Source: Macrostomum hystrix (Eukaryota > Animalia > Platyhelminthes). Taken from it: a stretch of DNA of 64,000 nt. This document shows, piece by piece, positions 24,893-36,859 of the stretch. The stretch is taken from assembly GCA_950097015.1 (NCBI GenBank), contig CATNEN010000001.1:558001-622000 (forward strand), in the 5' to 3' direction. The stretch's first letter is position 1. Every line of letters begins with the position of its first letter. Below the pieces are notes generated by a model that was given only the letters and a program-made list of their open reading frames with translations, was not told the origin of the DNA and made no database searches. The position numbers and the translations under genes were made by a program.

Positions 24893-26030
24893 GCTCTGTA
24901 CGAGGCTTTGCGTAGTTCTGTACGAAGCTTTGCGTAGTTCTGTACGAAGCTCTGTGTAGTTCTGTACGAAGATCTGTGTAGTTCTGTACGAAGCTCTGTG
25001 TAGTTCTGTACGAAGCTCTGTGTAGTTCTGTACGAAGCTCTGTGTAGTTCTGTACGAAGCTCTTTGTAGTTCTGTACGAAGCTTTGCCTAGTTCTGTACG
25101 AAGCTTTGCGTAGTTCTGTACGAAGCTTTGCCTAGTTCTGTACGAAGCTTTGCCTAGTTCTGTACGAAGCTCTGTGTAGTTCTGTACGAAGCTTTGCCTA
25201 GTTCTGTACGAAGCTCTTTGTAGTTCTGTACGAAGCTTTGCCTAGTTCTGTACGAAGCTCTGTGTAGTTCTGTACGAAGCTTTGCGTAGTTCTGTACAAA
25301 GCTGTGTGTAGTTCTGTACAAAGCTGTGTGTAGTTCTGTACAAAGCTGTGTGTAGTTCTGTACAAAGCTGTGTGTAGTTCTGTACGAAGCTCTGTGTAGT
25401 TCTGTACGAAGTTCTGTTTAGTTCTGTACGAAGCTCTGTGTAGTTTTGTACGAAGCTCTGTTTAGTTCTGTACGAAGCTCTGCGTAGTTCTGTACGAAGT
25501 TCTGTTTAGTTCTGTACGAAGCTCTGTGTAGTTCTGTACGAAGTTCTGTTTAGTTCTGTACGAAGCTCTGTGTAGTTTTGTACGAAGCTCTGTTTAGTTC
25601 TGTACGAAGCTCTGCGTAGTTCTGTACGAAGCTCTGTTTAGTTCTGTACGAAGCTCTGTGTAGTTCTGTACGAAGCTCTGTGTAGTTCTGTACCAAGCTC
25701 TGTGTAGTTCTGTACCAAGCTCTGTGTAGTTCTGTACGAAGCTCTGTTTAGTTCTGTACGAAGCTCTGTGTAGTTCTGTACGAAGCTCTGTTTAGTTCTG
25801 TACGAAGCTCTGTGTAGTTCTGTACAAAGCTCTGTTTAGTTCTGTACCAAGCTCTGTGTAGTTCTGTACGAAGTTCTTTTTAGTTCTGTACTAAGCTCTG
25901 CGTAGTTCTGTACGAAGCTCTGCGTAGTTCTGTACGAAGCTATCTGTAGTTCTGTACGAAGCTATCTGTAGTTCTGTACGAAGCTCTTCCTAATTCCTAT
26001 ACGAAGCTCTGCGTAGTCCTGTACGAAAGT
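24893..26030. repeat. 22-bp minisatellite (gtagttctgtacgaagctctgt), ~51 copies
   Basis: Tandem array between the convergent 3' ends of PPP2R3 and the Kelch gene. Confidence 0.97.
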
Positions 26031-26206
26031 TTGCATGCAAAGCTCTGTGTACTTGCTCTACGGACTTGTTTATTTTTCGTATTTTCGCAAGCAACGAGCG
26101 CACAAGCATCTCGTAAGATGCTCTGTTTAAAATTCAAAGTTTCACAAGTTTCGATAAATCAAGTTCAAACTACTAAGCCCTGGCTACTGTGCTACTATGG
26201 ATTATT

Positions 26207-28634
26207 TTAAGGTAGCCGCGGTATGTCCAGGCAGGCTAGCAGGAATGCTCCCGCGGGTAGTGGCGCTCTAACACTCTCATCCCAGCGTGCCTTGCGTAGG
26301 CAGAAACGCAACAAAAGCCTCTGACTGCCGCTGAGGCAGCTTTCTGCCTCCGAGGATGCCTGATCTTCATGGCGAGTGTTTGCCTCGACTTCGGCGATTA
26401 CGTAGGCTTCGGCGCCTCGCCTAGCCACGTCTAGCAATCGCCGACACCCGGTCGGCAGTCGCTCGGTTCGCACTCGCCAACCGCCGCCGGCTTCTGCGTG
26501 AGCATCGTCCAGACTCTCCACAACCTGGCAGGGCACGGGCTCGAGCCCGTCTGGTCCCAAGCAGTCTCCGCCAAAGGCCCAGAGCCGGTTGCGCCGCAAC
26601 AATAAGCGATGATTCCAGCGAGGCACCCGAAGCTCTGGCAGAAGCTGCCAGTGTCGCCGTCCTGGTCGGTCCAGTGGCAGGCGGTGCAGCGTCGGCAGCG
26701 GAAGTGGATCCTCGGAACGACCCGAGATGCCGCCGCAGATGAACAGGTGGCGAGTATCGGCCACTGAAGCGTGCGAATGCGTCTGTCGCGGCAGTCGACA
26801 CAGCCGGCTCCAGCGCGAGTCTGCGAACAACTCGGCGGTGTCCAAAACGGTCTCCGCTGTGGCTGCGGCTCCTCCGGGGGCGCGTTGTACGCCACCAGTG
26901 GCGATGACGACTCCGTAACCTGCTGAAGTCAAAGAGCATCCGGTGCGAGCCGAAGCAGCTGGTGGCAGTGGCTCGAAGGCCGACTGCGAGCTGTCTATCG
27001 GACTGCTAGCAGCTGGCCGGAAAATGCACGCTCTGTCCATGCTGGTGAAGTTGTCTGGAATCAGTTAATTAGAAATCAGGAAATACTGGGCTCGGATGTG
27101 AATCCCACCGCTACCAGTGCTCAACTGCGGGCCGCGAACCCTAACCTACTCACAGCTTCATCGAATAAAATATGACAGTAGCTTATGTGGCAGTTTTACC
27201 CGCTAGGCCAAACGCAATGAGAATGCAATCCGCGCTAAACTGTGCCGCAGCTGCTGAGTCTAGCCGCCATCCGGGTGGCCTAGCAATTGTAGCTAGACGT
27301 AGCCGCCTACCGATCTCTTCGTCTTCATCGTATTCAGGTGCTAAAGTCGCCGTAACCACCGACACGATGTCAGCAATGTCCTCGTCAATTGACGTTACGC
27401 TCAAGCCGCTGCAAAGAACGCACAGTGATGGCTGCGCTCCACGTGCTACGATCGGACGATGAGACTGCGAATCTACACTTTCTGGAGCTGCTTCCGCTGC
27501 TACCAATTCCTTTGGTGGAAGTTCAGCCAGAGCTGCGTCAAGTCGTTCGATGAGTCGTGTATCGCGGAGCAGATTGCGCCGTAAGTGACGGCATAGTCGA
27601 TGATTTGGTAGCAGACGTCGACAAGCCGGAGCGTCGAGCAGCAAGCGGCACAGAGCTTCCTCATCTGCATCAACTGGACGGTCGCTAGCCAGGAGGCGAT
27701 CCAGACGTACTACAAAATTTTCAACGCCTTGTAGTCGCAGACGATCGAGGTTCGTCAAGAAAATGCTCAGATTGGCAGCCAGATAGCTGGAAATCTCAGC
27801 TTCCGTCAGACTATCGGTTGGTGCTGCTCTGAATAGGGCTCGATGGCAGCGCAGAATGCCTCCTGCCTCAGTCAAGCTGGGCATTGAGAACAAGGCGCCC
27901 GCTTTTTCAATACCCGAAAGAGACTCTGGAGCTATCTCAATCGAGCCGGTGTAGGCAAAGGACAGAGCGGCTCTGACTGAGCTTACCGAGTATCGTTGGC
28001 TTGAAATTCGATATCTTTGAAAGCGACTACTTAGCGTGTAGTTTCTTGTCAGCAACGCTTCGTCACAGAAGTTTTCGGCTGACGATTTACTTTCTTTCCG
28101 CATTACATTGTCTACTAATAAACTCACATCCTCTGCTTCAACTTGATCGTCTGATTCGCGATCAGAGGCCGTGTCCTCTGTCCACTGTCGAACTAATTGA
28201 ACGGCCAACGATCTTTCAGTTTCCTCTTCATCATCGTCTGATCCGTCTGATTCACATAGATTTGCAGCTTTCAAACTTGCCTTTCTCTTCGAAGTTTCAA
28301 CCAAGGACGAAGCGACAGGGCGCGCTTTCGACCAGTCGGTGAAAGGCAGCCGAATACCGGAGCGGACAGCTTCTAGCAGGCGTGGAAAGCTCTGTAAGAC
28401 ACAGTTGTGTGCGCCTATTTCAACCCCTGCGTCAGCGTCGCTGTCGAATTCAATTCGAACATCAGCCAGAGCGTCGTCTAGCTCGTATTTATTAGAGCGC
28501 GGCATTACGGGGTACTGCACCAGCATTCGGTCCGGGCCTAGAATTGTCACTCGTCGACCGTCGCGTTGTCGAGGTCGAAGACTCAGCGGAATTACAAAAT
28601 GGTCGCCATCCGTTTGGGACTTGGCTACGGCCAT
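26207..28634 (-). CDS. Divergent BTB/BACK-Kelch protein; exons 28634-27200 and 27054-26207 (~760 aa)
   Basis: BTB-like motifs (DVRIEF...AHNCVL; LSFAYTGSIEI) and Kelch GG/W motifs (VVIATGG, LFICGG, LWAFGG). The phase-1 GTAAAA...TTCCAG intron joins the two ORFs in frame. Confidence 0.75.
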
Positions 28635-29169
28635 TTGTAGCTGAAAGAGCTGCTATAACTGGGACTATTTTGAAGCAGACTCACCCTTAAAGGCGAAAGG
28701 ATTTCAGACCATTTTATAAAGATTCCTTCTGCTCCCAGTTCCACGTCAATGCTCTTTGCATTTCAATTTCCCCACTTTTAATTGTTAATGTCGCGACGTC
28801 GTCTTTTCTTCCCAATTGGATTTTAGGAAAGTTGTGGTTGTGGTATGTTCTGAATAAGTCTAGGCTACAGTCTCGTAACTTCAATGCAATCGCGTGCTGT
28901 TCTCATTGCTGTCGTTCTTGTCGTTAGTCGTAAATGAAGAACTTTACATTTTCGCTTTTTTATTGAAAGTCAGTTCTACCTGTGCAGTCACCTGCCTGTT
29001 CTGAAGCACTTTGCATGCCTGCTAGCAGGAAGTTCTATTTAATTCGCTTTCATTGAAATTTGGAGTATGGCAAGAGAAAAGGTTTGGTCGAACGTGCGAC
29101 ACTTAGTATGTTTTATATTTCTTTATATATTTTTATACATTTAAAAATATTTAATAATGATACTAATTT

Positions 29170-29472
29170 ATTACACCTGCCCCATTTGGACCAAGATTTA
29201 CAGCCGATAGCACAGTCGCAGCTATTGCACGACGTATCTGAAGGCTGCGTTCGGCTGTTCAGTCCATGGACTGGGCTGGCGGAACGCATCAACCACCCTA
29301 AATTGTCCCAGCCAATGCAGGTACGCATGTACCAGCTGGGTGAACTAAAAGCAAATCAGAATTAAGCGTCTTGCGAAAGGACACAAACTGTTCCAGTGCA
29401 GTCGGGAATCGAACCTCCGACCTTCAAGTCGATGATCCGATCGATGCTCTAATCACTGCGCTACTAACCCCC
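29170..29472 (-). mobile_element. tRNA-derived SINE family A, near full length
   Basis: The minus strand reads GGGGGTTAGTAGCGCAGTGATTAGAGC (A box) ... GGTTCGATTCCC (B box), then the CORE-like body and a tail ending gcaggtgtaa. Confidence 0.8.
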
Positions 29473-30089
29473 TTATAGTACGTGCAAAATTATATGAGCT
29501 ACAAATCCGGTTCTAAGCTGAAAATACAGTTTGAGCTATGCTCTGAACTTGGAGACAAATTCTAACTTAGCGCCAGCCATCCAAGAATGTTTGCAAGACA
29601 AATACCGAACAGCCTACTCATGAACCCAGTAGTAAGCGTACTACCTAATTGAACTGATAAAAAAGAGAAAAAATTTTATGACAATCCGATCGAAAATGTT
29701 TGCTTCCAATTCAGAGCGAGCCTGTGTGCTTCACAATGAGAATTTAAACAAAAGGGGAAATAAAATAGTACAACTGCCAACGTTTCCTGTGCACGCACTG
29801 GATGACGGTAGAGTCGGCATGCTCTGTCACGATCGGGTTGTATTAGATGAGAATTATCCTGTTTGCAATGGTAATAACGTGCTAAATAACACCGATGCAC
29901 ACAGCATGATGGCGGAGCACATATACTAAAAATAAGCATTGGTGTATGCTCAGCAGATGGCTGACCAAATTTGGTCAACCGAGAGGAGAGAAAGGATGTC
30001 AACCGTGCTGAATTGAGTATCAGAGTGGGTGTAGCGATCTATCCGTTCAATTTTTTCTATTTCCACATACTCGCGTCGTATTCACGACA

Positions 30090-30180
30090 TGAAGTTCGGG
30101 GATTCGATTCCCGACTCCATCAGAACCATTTGTGACCTTGCACAAGACACTTAACTCTGCATTGTTGCAGCTCACTGGAC
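30090..30180 (+). mobile_element. SINE family A fragment (B box plus start of body)
   Basis: gattcgattcccgactccatcagaaccatttgtgaccttgcacaagacacttaactctgc. Confidence 0.55.
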
Positions 30181-30534
30181 AACTAATACTGGATTAAAAA
30201 GTGCTCACAAATAGATTCTTTCTGTCTGAGCAAAATTCTGTTGGTGTTTATTTTTATTTAGCCCCTGCAGTGCGAGTATGCAGTACTGTATCATTTTTTC
30301 CAGTGCATCTGCACCTATGGGCTTACACTTACAATTAGAGGTTGATCGAAAATCAGATTTTTACCTCAAATCTATTGTGCTAGAATTTTCAACGATGAAG
30401 GCAATCTATTTGAGTTTCACATCTGTTGTCTGAGATTTTGTTTTAACTTTTTTAGGATTAAAAGGGAAACACTTTTATTTTTTTATTTTCTAACCAAGAC
30501 TTGCGAAAGGTAACTCGATTATATTAATATTTGT

Positions 30535-30800
30535 AGGTTACACCTGCTTCATTCGGTTCAAATGTGCAGCCGACAGCACATGGCAACTAATTCTGAAGGC
30601 TGCATGCGTACGGCTGTTCAGTCCATGGACTGGGGGGACGCCACACCCAACCTCGGTTACCCAAGCTGATGCTGGTACCCATTTGACAGCTGGGTGAACT
30701 GAAACAATGCAGATTTAAGTATCTTGCTAAATTGTTCCAGTGGAGTCAGGAATCAAACCTTCGACCTTTAAGTTGCGATCCCGACGCTCTAACCACAACA
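30535..30800 (-). mobile_element. tRNA-derived SINE family A copy whose 5' end runs into the minisatellite
   Basis: Homologous to the 29170-29472 copy; B box GGTTTGATTCC on the minus strand. Confidence 0.8.
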
Positions 30801-33800
30801 ACCCCCACTAGGCAACAACCCCCACTAGGCTACAACACCGACTAGGCTACAACCCCCACTAGGCTACAACTACACTAGGCTGCAACCCCCACTAGGCTAC
30901 AACTACACAAGGCTACAACCCTATTAGGCTAAATCCCCCACTAGGCTACAACTACACTAGGCTACAACCCCCACTAGGCTACAACTACACTAGGCTACAA
31001 CCCCCACTAGGCTACAACCCCCACTAGGCTACAACCCCCACTACGCTACAACCCCCACAAGGCTGCAACCCCCACTAGGCTACAACTACACAAGGCTACA
31101 ACCCTATTAGGCTAAATCCCCCACTAGGCTACAACTACACTAGGCTACAACCCCCACTAGGCTACAACTACACTAGGCTACAACCCCCAATAGGCTACAA
31201 CCCCCACTAGGCTACAACCCCCACTACGCTACAACCCCCACAAGGCTGCAACCCCCACTAGGCTACAACACCGACTAGGCTGCAACCCCCACTAGGTTAC
31301 AACTACACAAGGCTACAACCCTATTAGGCTAAATCCCCCACTAGGCTACAACTACACTAGGCTACAACCCCAACTAGGCTACAACTACACTAGGCTACAA
31401 CCCCCACTAGGCTACAACCCCCACTAGGCTACAACCCCCACTAGGCTACAACCCCCACTAGGCTACAACTACACTAGGCTACAACCCCCACTAGGCTGCA
31501 ACCCCCACTAGGCTACAACTACACAAGGCTACAACCCTATTAGGCTAAATCCCCCCACTCGGCTACAACTACACTAGGCTACAACCCCCACTAGGCTACA
31601 ACCCCCACTAGGCTACAACTACACTAGGCTACAACCCCCACTAGGCTACAACCCCCACTAGGCTACAACCCCCACTAGGCTACAACTACACTAGGCTACA
31701 ACTACACTAGGCTACAACTACACTAGGCTACAACCCCCACTAGGCTACAACCCCCACTAGGCTACAACCCCCACTAGGCTACAACTACACTAGGCTACAA
31801 CTACACTAGGCTACAACCCCCACTAGGCTACAACCCTACTAGGCTACAACCCCCACTAGGCTACAACCCCACGAAGCTACAACCCCACTAGGCTACAACC
31901 CCCACGAAGCTACAACCCCCACAAGGTCTTAACCCCCACAAGGCTACAACCCCCGCTAGGCATCAACCCCCGCTAGGCATGAAGCCCCACTAGGCATGAA
32001 CCCCCACGAAGCTACAACCCCCACGAAGCTACAACACCCACGAAGCTACAACCCCCACGAAGCTACAACCCCCACGAAGCTACAACCCCCTTACTTGACT
32101 TAGCGGCAGGGGGCCTCCATGACGGACGCAGCGAGGAGGCGGCTGGTGCCGCCCATATCGCTAACCCCTGGCAGCCAGACGGCCTCCAGCGAGGCGGTGC
32201 CGCTCAGGGTGGTCCGTCGGTCGGTTCCGCCGCGCGATCTTCCTCGCCATAGGCTGGGAAGAAATCAGCTCGGCCGGTATCCCGGAGGAAGTGGGCGAGC
32301 TGTGGGATGTTCTCGGGCGAGCAGGCTTCGGCAAGAGTCGGTGCCGGCCCGAGGTGCTTTAGCCTAGCCCGGGTGAAAGCCGGGCAGTGGCAGATGAAAT
32401 GCTCGGCGTTTTCACGGCCGGAGCAGCAGAAGGGACACGTTTCCTCAGGCACGTGGCCTTGGAGGTAGCGGTGTCTGGTGAAGCAGCCATGTCCCGAAAG
32501 GGCCATGGTGACTGCTCTCAGGTCTCTGCGGTTTAGCCTGAGTAAGGCCTTACGCAGGTTTCTAGAGGGGGTTGGCACCGCAGCCCTGGACTGGCGACAG
32601 TTCAGGGTGCTAGACCACCTCCTCCGGTGCTGGGTCTCCATCCAGTGGTTGATGCTGGAGTTGACAACGGAGATGGGGATCGGGGACTCCGGGCCCGGGC
32701 CCATCAGGGAGCTGGCTGCTCCAGCCTTTGCAAGCTGGTCCGCCATCTCATTCCCTGTGAGCCCGGCGTGCCCAGGGATCCACATCAGCTCCACCTTGTT
32801 AGACTGTGCCAATCCGTTTAACTGGGTGTGGCAGTCCAAGGTGGTTCTGGAGCGAGAGGTGCAGCGACTGAGGGCCTTGAGGGCTGCTTGACTGTCGGAG
32901 TGAAAGAAGATCCTCCGACCAGCCAGCTGCCTCTGGCGCAGCTCAGCCGCACAGAAGCTGATGGCGAGCACTTCGTTTTGGAAAACGCTAGAGCTCTTGC
33001 CACAGTATTGGGAGTGGGTCCAGAGGACCTCGCCACCCGAGGCGACGCACACCCCGAATCCCGATTTACCGTTCATCAGGGAGCCGTCAGTGTAACAATG
33101 GACTGCGGGGTCATCCCAGCAGTCCTTTACCTCATTGCGAGGGAAGATGCTGACTTTGTACCTGTGGCTCCGGAGTAAAGTAGCCGGGGCCCCGTCCGAA
33201 AGGACGGTGAGCCCTCCGCACTCGCCCAGAGTTTTCAGGCAGAGGTCAGAGTGGGGCAGAAGGGAGCGCTTCGAGAAGGCTCGCGAATTCTGGAAGGATA
33301 CACCCGCATCAAGGAGACGACGGGTGGACTTTGCCGCTTCCCCCTTAACAAAAATGTCAATGGGTGTAGCGTTGAGGAAAGCGTTCATGCCTTCAAAGGG
33401 AGTGGAGGGTGGGGCGCCCAGCGTCATACGACAGGCTCTGCCCTGCACCCTATATAGCGCCTCCAGGTTTTTCTGGATGCCCATGGCACTGGCCCAGATG
33501 AGGCCAGCGTAAGCGACTGACGGTCTAATGATCGCCGTGTAAATCCACCAAAGGTTTTTGGGGGTTAGCCCCCAAGTGGTGCCCACGGCTCGCCTGACTT
33601 GCGCCAGAATGGCCAGGGCCCTCTTGGGCTACAACCCCCACGAAGCTACAACCCCCACGAAGCTACAACCCCACGAAGCTACAACCCCCACGAATCTACA
33701 ACCCCCACAAGGCTACAACCCCCGCTAGGCATCAACCCCCGCTAGGCATCAACCCCCGCTAGGCATCAACCCCCGCTAGGCATCAACCCCCGCTAGGCAT

Positions 33801-33830
33801 CAACCCCCGCTAGGCATCAACCTCTAGGCA
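30795..33830. repeat. 16-17-bp minisatellite (ccccactaggctacaac), interrupted by a LINE at 32091-33627
   Basis: Tandem units on both sides of the LINE, with variants cgaagctac and cgctaggcatc shared across the insertion. Confidence 0.95.
32091..33627 (-). mobile_element. 5'-truncated non-LTR retrotransposon of the RNase H-containing I group (Loa/Lian-like); ORF fragment 33625-32204
   Basis: Post-RT motif VGTTWGLTPKNLWWIYTAIIRP, RNase H motifs (YTDGS, VFQNEVLAI, HSDSQAAL, WIPGHAGLTGNEMADQLAK) and a C-terminal CPFC...HFICHC knuckle. No stops in the ORF. gctacaaccccc flanks both ends (possible TSD). Confidence 0.92.
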
Positions 33831-35575
33831 TGGATACAGAAGTTTAGTCGCATGTGCCGGCATCTTTTGACCAAACCTGTCGCTTGCTAATCTCATATAA
33901 AGCGATAAAAAATTACAGGAACAATGCAGACGATCAGTTAAACTGTGAATATAAACACGGTGACTAAATACTAAAATAAAGTACAAAATATTCTGACCAA
34001 GCAGTATTCTCCCAGACCTGACAAATTCGACTGCAGTTAAGGGGAGAAATATCCCTTTCGACTCTGTAGGCGAGTGAGAAGGAGAGAGAGGAGTTTTAGA
34101 TGCGACAGAGCGATAGGAAAAAGCTTTGCTTATAAAGGGAGAGTTTCAAGTCATCTGAATGAAGGAACGAACGGAATAATAATGAGAGCGAGGGAGCGAG
34201 GAAGAAAACGAAGACGGAGTTGAGGATCAGTGCAGAGCAAAATGGCCCTCTTGAGGATTTCGGCGGGTAAGGGGAAGTTAGCTCCGCGGGCAAAGAGAGT
34301 GAAGGGGAGAGAGAGGAAGATGATGAACGAATTGGGGGAGCTTTTGATGAAGGCAATGCGAGAGAGGCACTCACTCCTAAGAGGATTTCATAGAAAAGAA
34401 TGTATAAGCGAGAGGGAGGCGATACTCAAACTGCTCAACTGTGCAGCTGCCACACTGCATAGCCAGTGTAGGTGGCCAATGATTTAGTGGTCTGGTTTTA
34501 ATTACAGAGAAGTCTACCGATCAAAATAAGCATTTTTTGATCCAAGTTCATTCCAATCATGTATTGCTTTTAAAAGCTTGCATACAAGCAAGCTTTTCTG
34601 AACGTCATTGTGCAGAAAAAGACACAGGTTCGACAGCAACTTAGCGTTTTTCACACGAGCTCAAAGCTACACAGAGTGAGATATGATAAGACTGCTCTGA
34701 GAAGCCACCCTATCTCCCTTCTGTCCTCTTTTTCTGCCAGCTCTTAGATAAAGGGAAGAGAAGGCTGAAGAGCTGAGACTTGCCCAGCCTTTGGGTGTTC
34801 TTCTCAGCTTTCCTGTGTGCTCAAGACGCTATATTTAGTGTCTATCCCTTCTCTCGTCTTGCTCTATATCTTGTGGGGTCCGACCTCTCCCCACAACCCA
34901 CATGCGCACTTCCTGAGCCCCCACCCTTGGCTAGAACTAAATCTCAGAGCAGTGTAAGTCTGTGCTCGCACCGACTCCTCACAGGAGATCTGAAGCCCAG
35001 CTTCTCCTCATCTCACCCTCTTACTGTCCTAGCGGCCCCATATCCCGCCAGCTCGTCCGTACTGCCTTACCCGCCCCAACTTCTCTTCCCAATCCATCGA
35101 TCAGAGCGAGTGCGAAAGGGTGAGAGAGGTGGATACAGATTTGAGCAGTGAGAAGCTGCAGTCGGAGCTCTGCTTTTGAGACGAGTTGGTGGGGACAGAC
35201 AGTGCGAGGGCGTTGCTACTGACAACCGAAGCGCGCCAGGGGATCGATTCTTCTGCTTCCCTCCCTGCCCCTTGCTTCCTTCTCCAACCCCCTCCTCGCC
35301 GCTCTCTTCTCGCCTCTTCTATCGGCGAGGGAGTCGAGGAGACAGCAAGACTCACTGCGGGGCAGGAAGACGAAGAGGAAGAGAGAGAGAGAGAGGGAAA
35401 GGCAGAGGCAATCCCCTATTTTAGCGCAGTCGCGAGAACCATCTCAGCCTCCCTCTTTCTCCACTCTGCCTTTCGGACCGCGGTCTGGCAACCCCCGAAA
35501 TCAGGAGACGTTTAAGAGCGACTTAACCAGATTTCGTATTCGTCTTCGACTCAGATCGAACTGACACGCGCAACA

Positions 35576-36859
35576 ATGAGCGAGGATGTCGGCATCCCGA
35601 AGGGCGATTCTACGTCCGCCAAGGCTGCCAGCGCCGCCACAGCTGCAGCTGGGGCTGTTAAGCCGAGCCTCTTCGACACAACCGAACGACCGGTGGCTAC
35701 AACCAAAAGCAGCGGCGAAAAAACCATTGAGACCATGAATAGCGCAGTCAATGCAATGGCCAAGCAGCTTCACCTGCCCAAAGGTGCCGTAGTGGCTATC
35801 ATCGTAGGCGTTGTGCTGCTCCTGCTGCTGATCATGTACTGCGTCTGCAAGCGCTGCATCTGTCGCCGCAAGAAGGGCGGCAAAGACGCCAAGAAAGGTA
35901 AGGGCGCGGTTGACATGAAGAGCGTCCAGTTGCTTGGCAACGAGTACAAGGAGAAGGTCCAGCCGGACATGGAGGAGCTGGTCGAGACCATGGAGGACAA
36001 CGAGGGCGCGCAGGAGAAGGAAGTCGAGAAGCTCGGCAAACTGCAGTACTCGCTGGATTATGACTTCCAGAAGGGCGAGCTGTCCGTTGGTGTCATCCAA
36101 GCCTCCGATCTCCCCGCCATGGACATGGGCGGCACATCGGACCCCTACGTGAAGGTCTACATCCTGCCCGAGAAGAAGAAGAAGTTCGAAACCAAAGTGC
36201 ACCGCAAGACGCTCAACCCGGTGTTCAACGAGACGTTCATCTTCAAGGTGCCGTACGCCGACGTGCCCTCGAAGACTCTGGTATTTGCCGTCTACGATTT
36301 CGATCGCTTCTCCAAGCACGACCAGATTGGTCTGATCAAATTGCCACTGGGCGCCATCGATCTGGCTCGCATCATCGAGGAATGGAAGGACATCGATCCT
36401 CCAGAAAGCGAGGATGACAAGAGCAACCGTCTGGGCGACATCTGCTTCTCGCTGCGCTACGTGCCCACCGCTGGCAAACTGACCATTGTGATCCTCGAAG
36501 CTAAGAACCTGAAGAAGATGGACGTTGGCGGTCTCTCCGATCCTTACGTGAAGCTCTCGCTGATGTTGAACGGCAAGCGCATCAAGAAGAAGAAGACCAC
36601 CATCAAGAAGTGCACGCTGAACCCGTACTACAACGAGTCCTTTTCATTCGAAGTGCCCTTCGAACAGATCCAGAAGGTGTCGCTGATTGTCACCGTCGTT
36701 GACTACGATCGCATCGGCACCAGCGAGCCGATTGGCCGCATCGTTCTGGGCTGCACGGCCACCGGGGCCGAACTGCGCCACTGGTCCGACATGCTGGCCA
36801 ATCCGAGGCGCCCCATCGCCCAGTGGCACACGCTGCAGGAGATGCCGGAGAAGTCTTAG
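35576..36859 (+). CDS. SYT1: Synaptotagmin-1, intronless CDS (427 aa)
   Basis: N-terminal TM segment followed by a Cys cluster. C2A ([13 protein letters not shown]...DFDRFSKHD), C2B ([17 protein letters not shown] polybasic patch, DYDRIG) and C-terminal [11 protein letters not shown]. Confidence 0.97.
   Translation: MSEDVGIPKGDSTSAKAASAATAAAGAVKPSLFDTTERPVATTKSSGEKTIETMNSAVNAMAKQLHLPKGAVVAIIVGVVLLLLLIMYCVCKRCICRRKKGGKDAKKGKGAVDMKSVQLLGNEYKEKVQPDMEELVETMEDNEGAQEKEVEKLGKLQYSLDYDFQKGELSVGVIQASDLPAMDMGGTSDPYVKVYILPEKKKKFETKVHRKTLNPVFNETFIFKVPYADVPSKTLVFAVYDFDRFSKHDQIGLIKLPLGAIDLARIIEEWKDIDPPESEDDKSNRLGDICFSLRYVPTAGKLTIVILEAKNLKKMDVGGLSDPYVKLSLMLNGKRIKKKKTTIKKCTLNPYYNESFSFEVPFEQIQKVSLIVTVVDYDRIGTSEPIGRIVLGCTATGAELRHWSDMLANPRRPIAQWHTLQEMPEKS

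Noticed and set aside
19406-26030. Regular arrays as CRISPR loci
   Set aside because: The units are contiguous and near-identical, with no unique spacers and no cas genes, in a eukaryotic intronic context.
29395-29472. tRNA gene
   Set aside because: A and B boxes are present, but there is no intact cloverleaf and the sequence continues into a repeated SINE body.
32110-32225. HDV-like ribozyme (GCCTCCTCGCTG resembles the HDV P3/L3) in the LINE 3' UTR and SINE B tails
   Set aside because: I could not build P1 followed directly by GG, P4 and P2 in the correct order. The simple shared stem-loop explains the conservation better.
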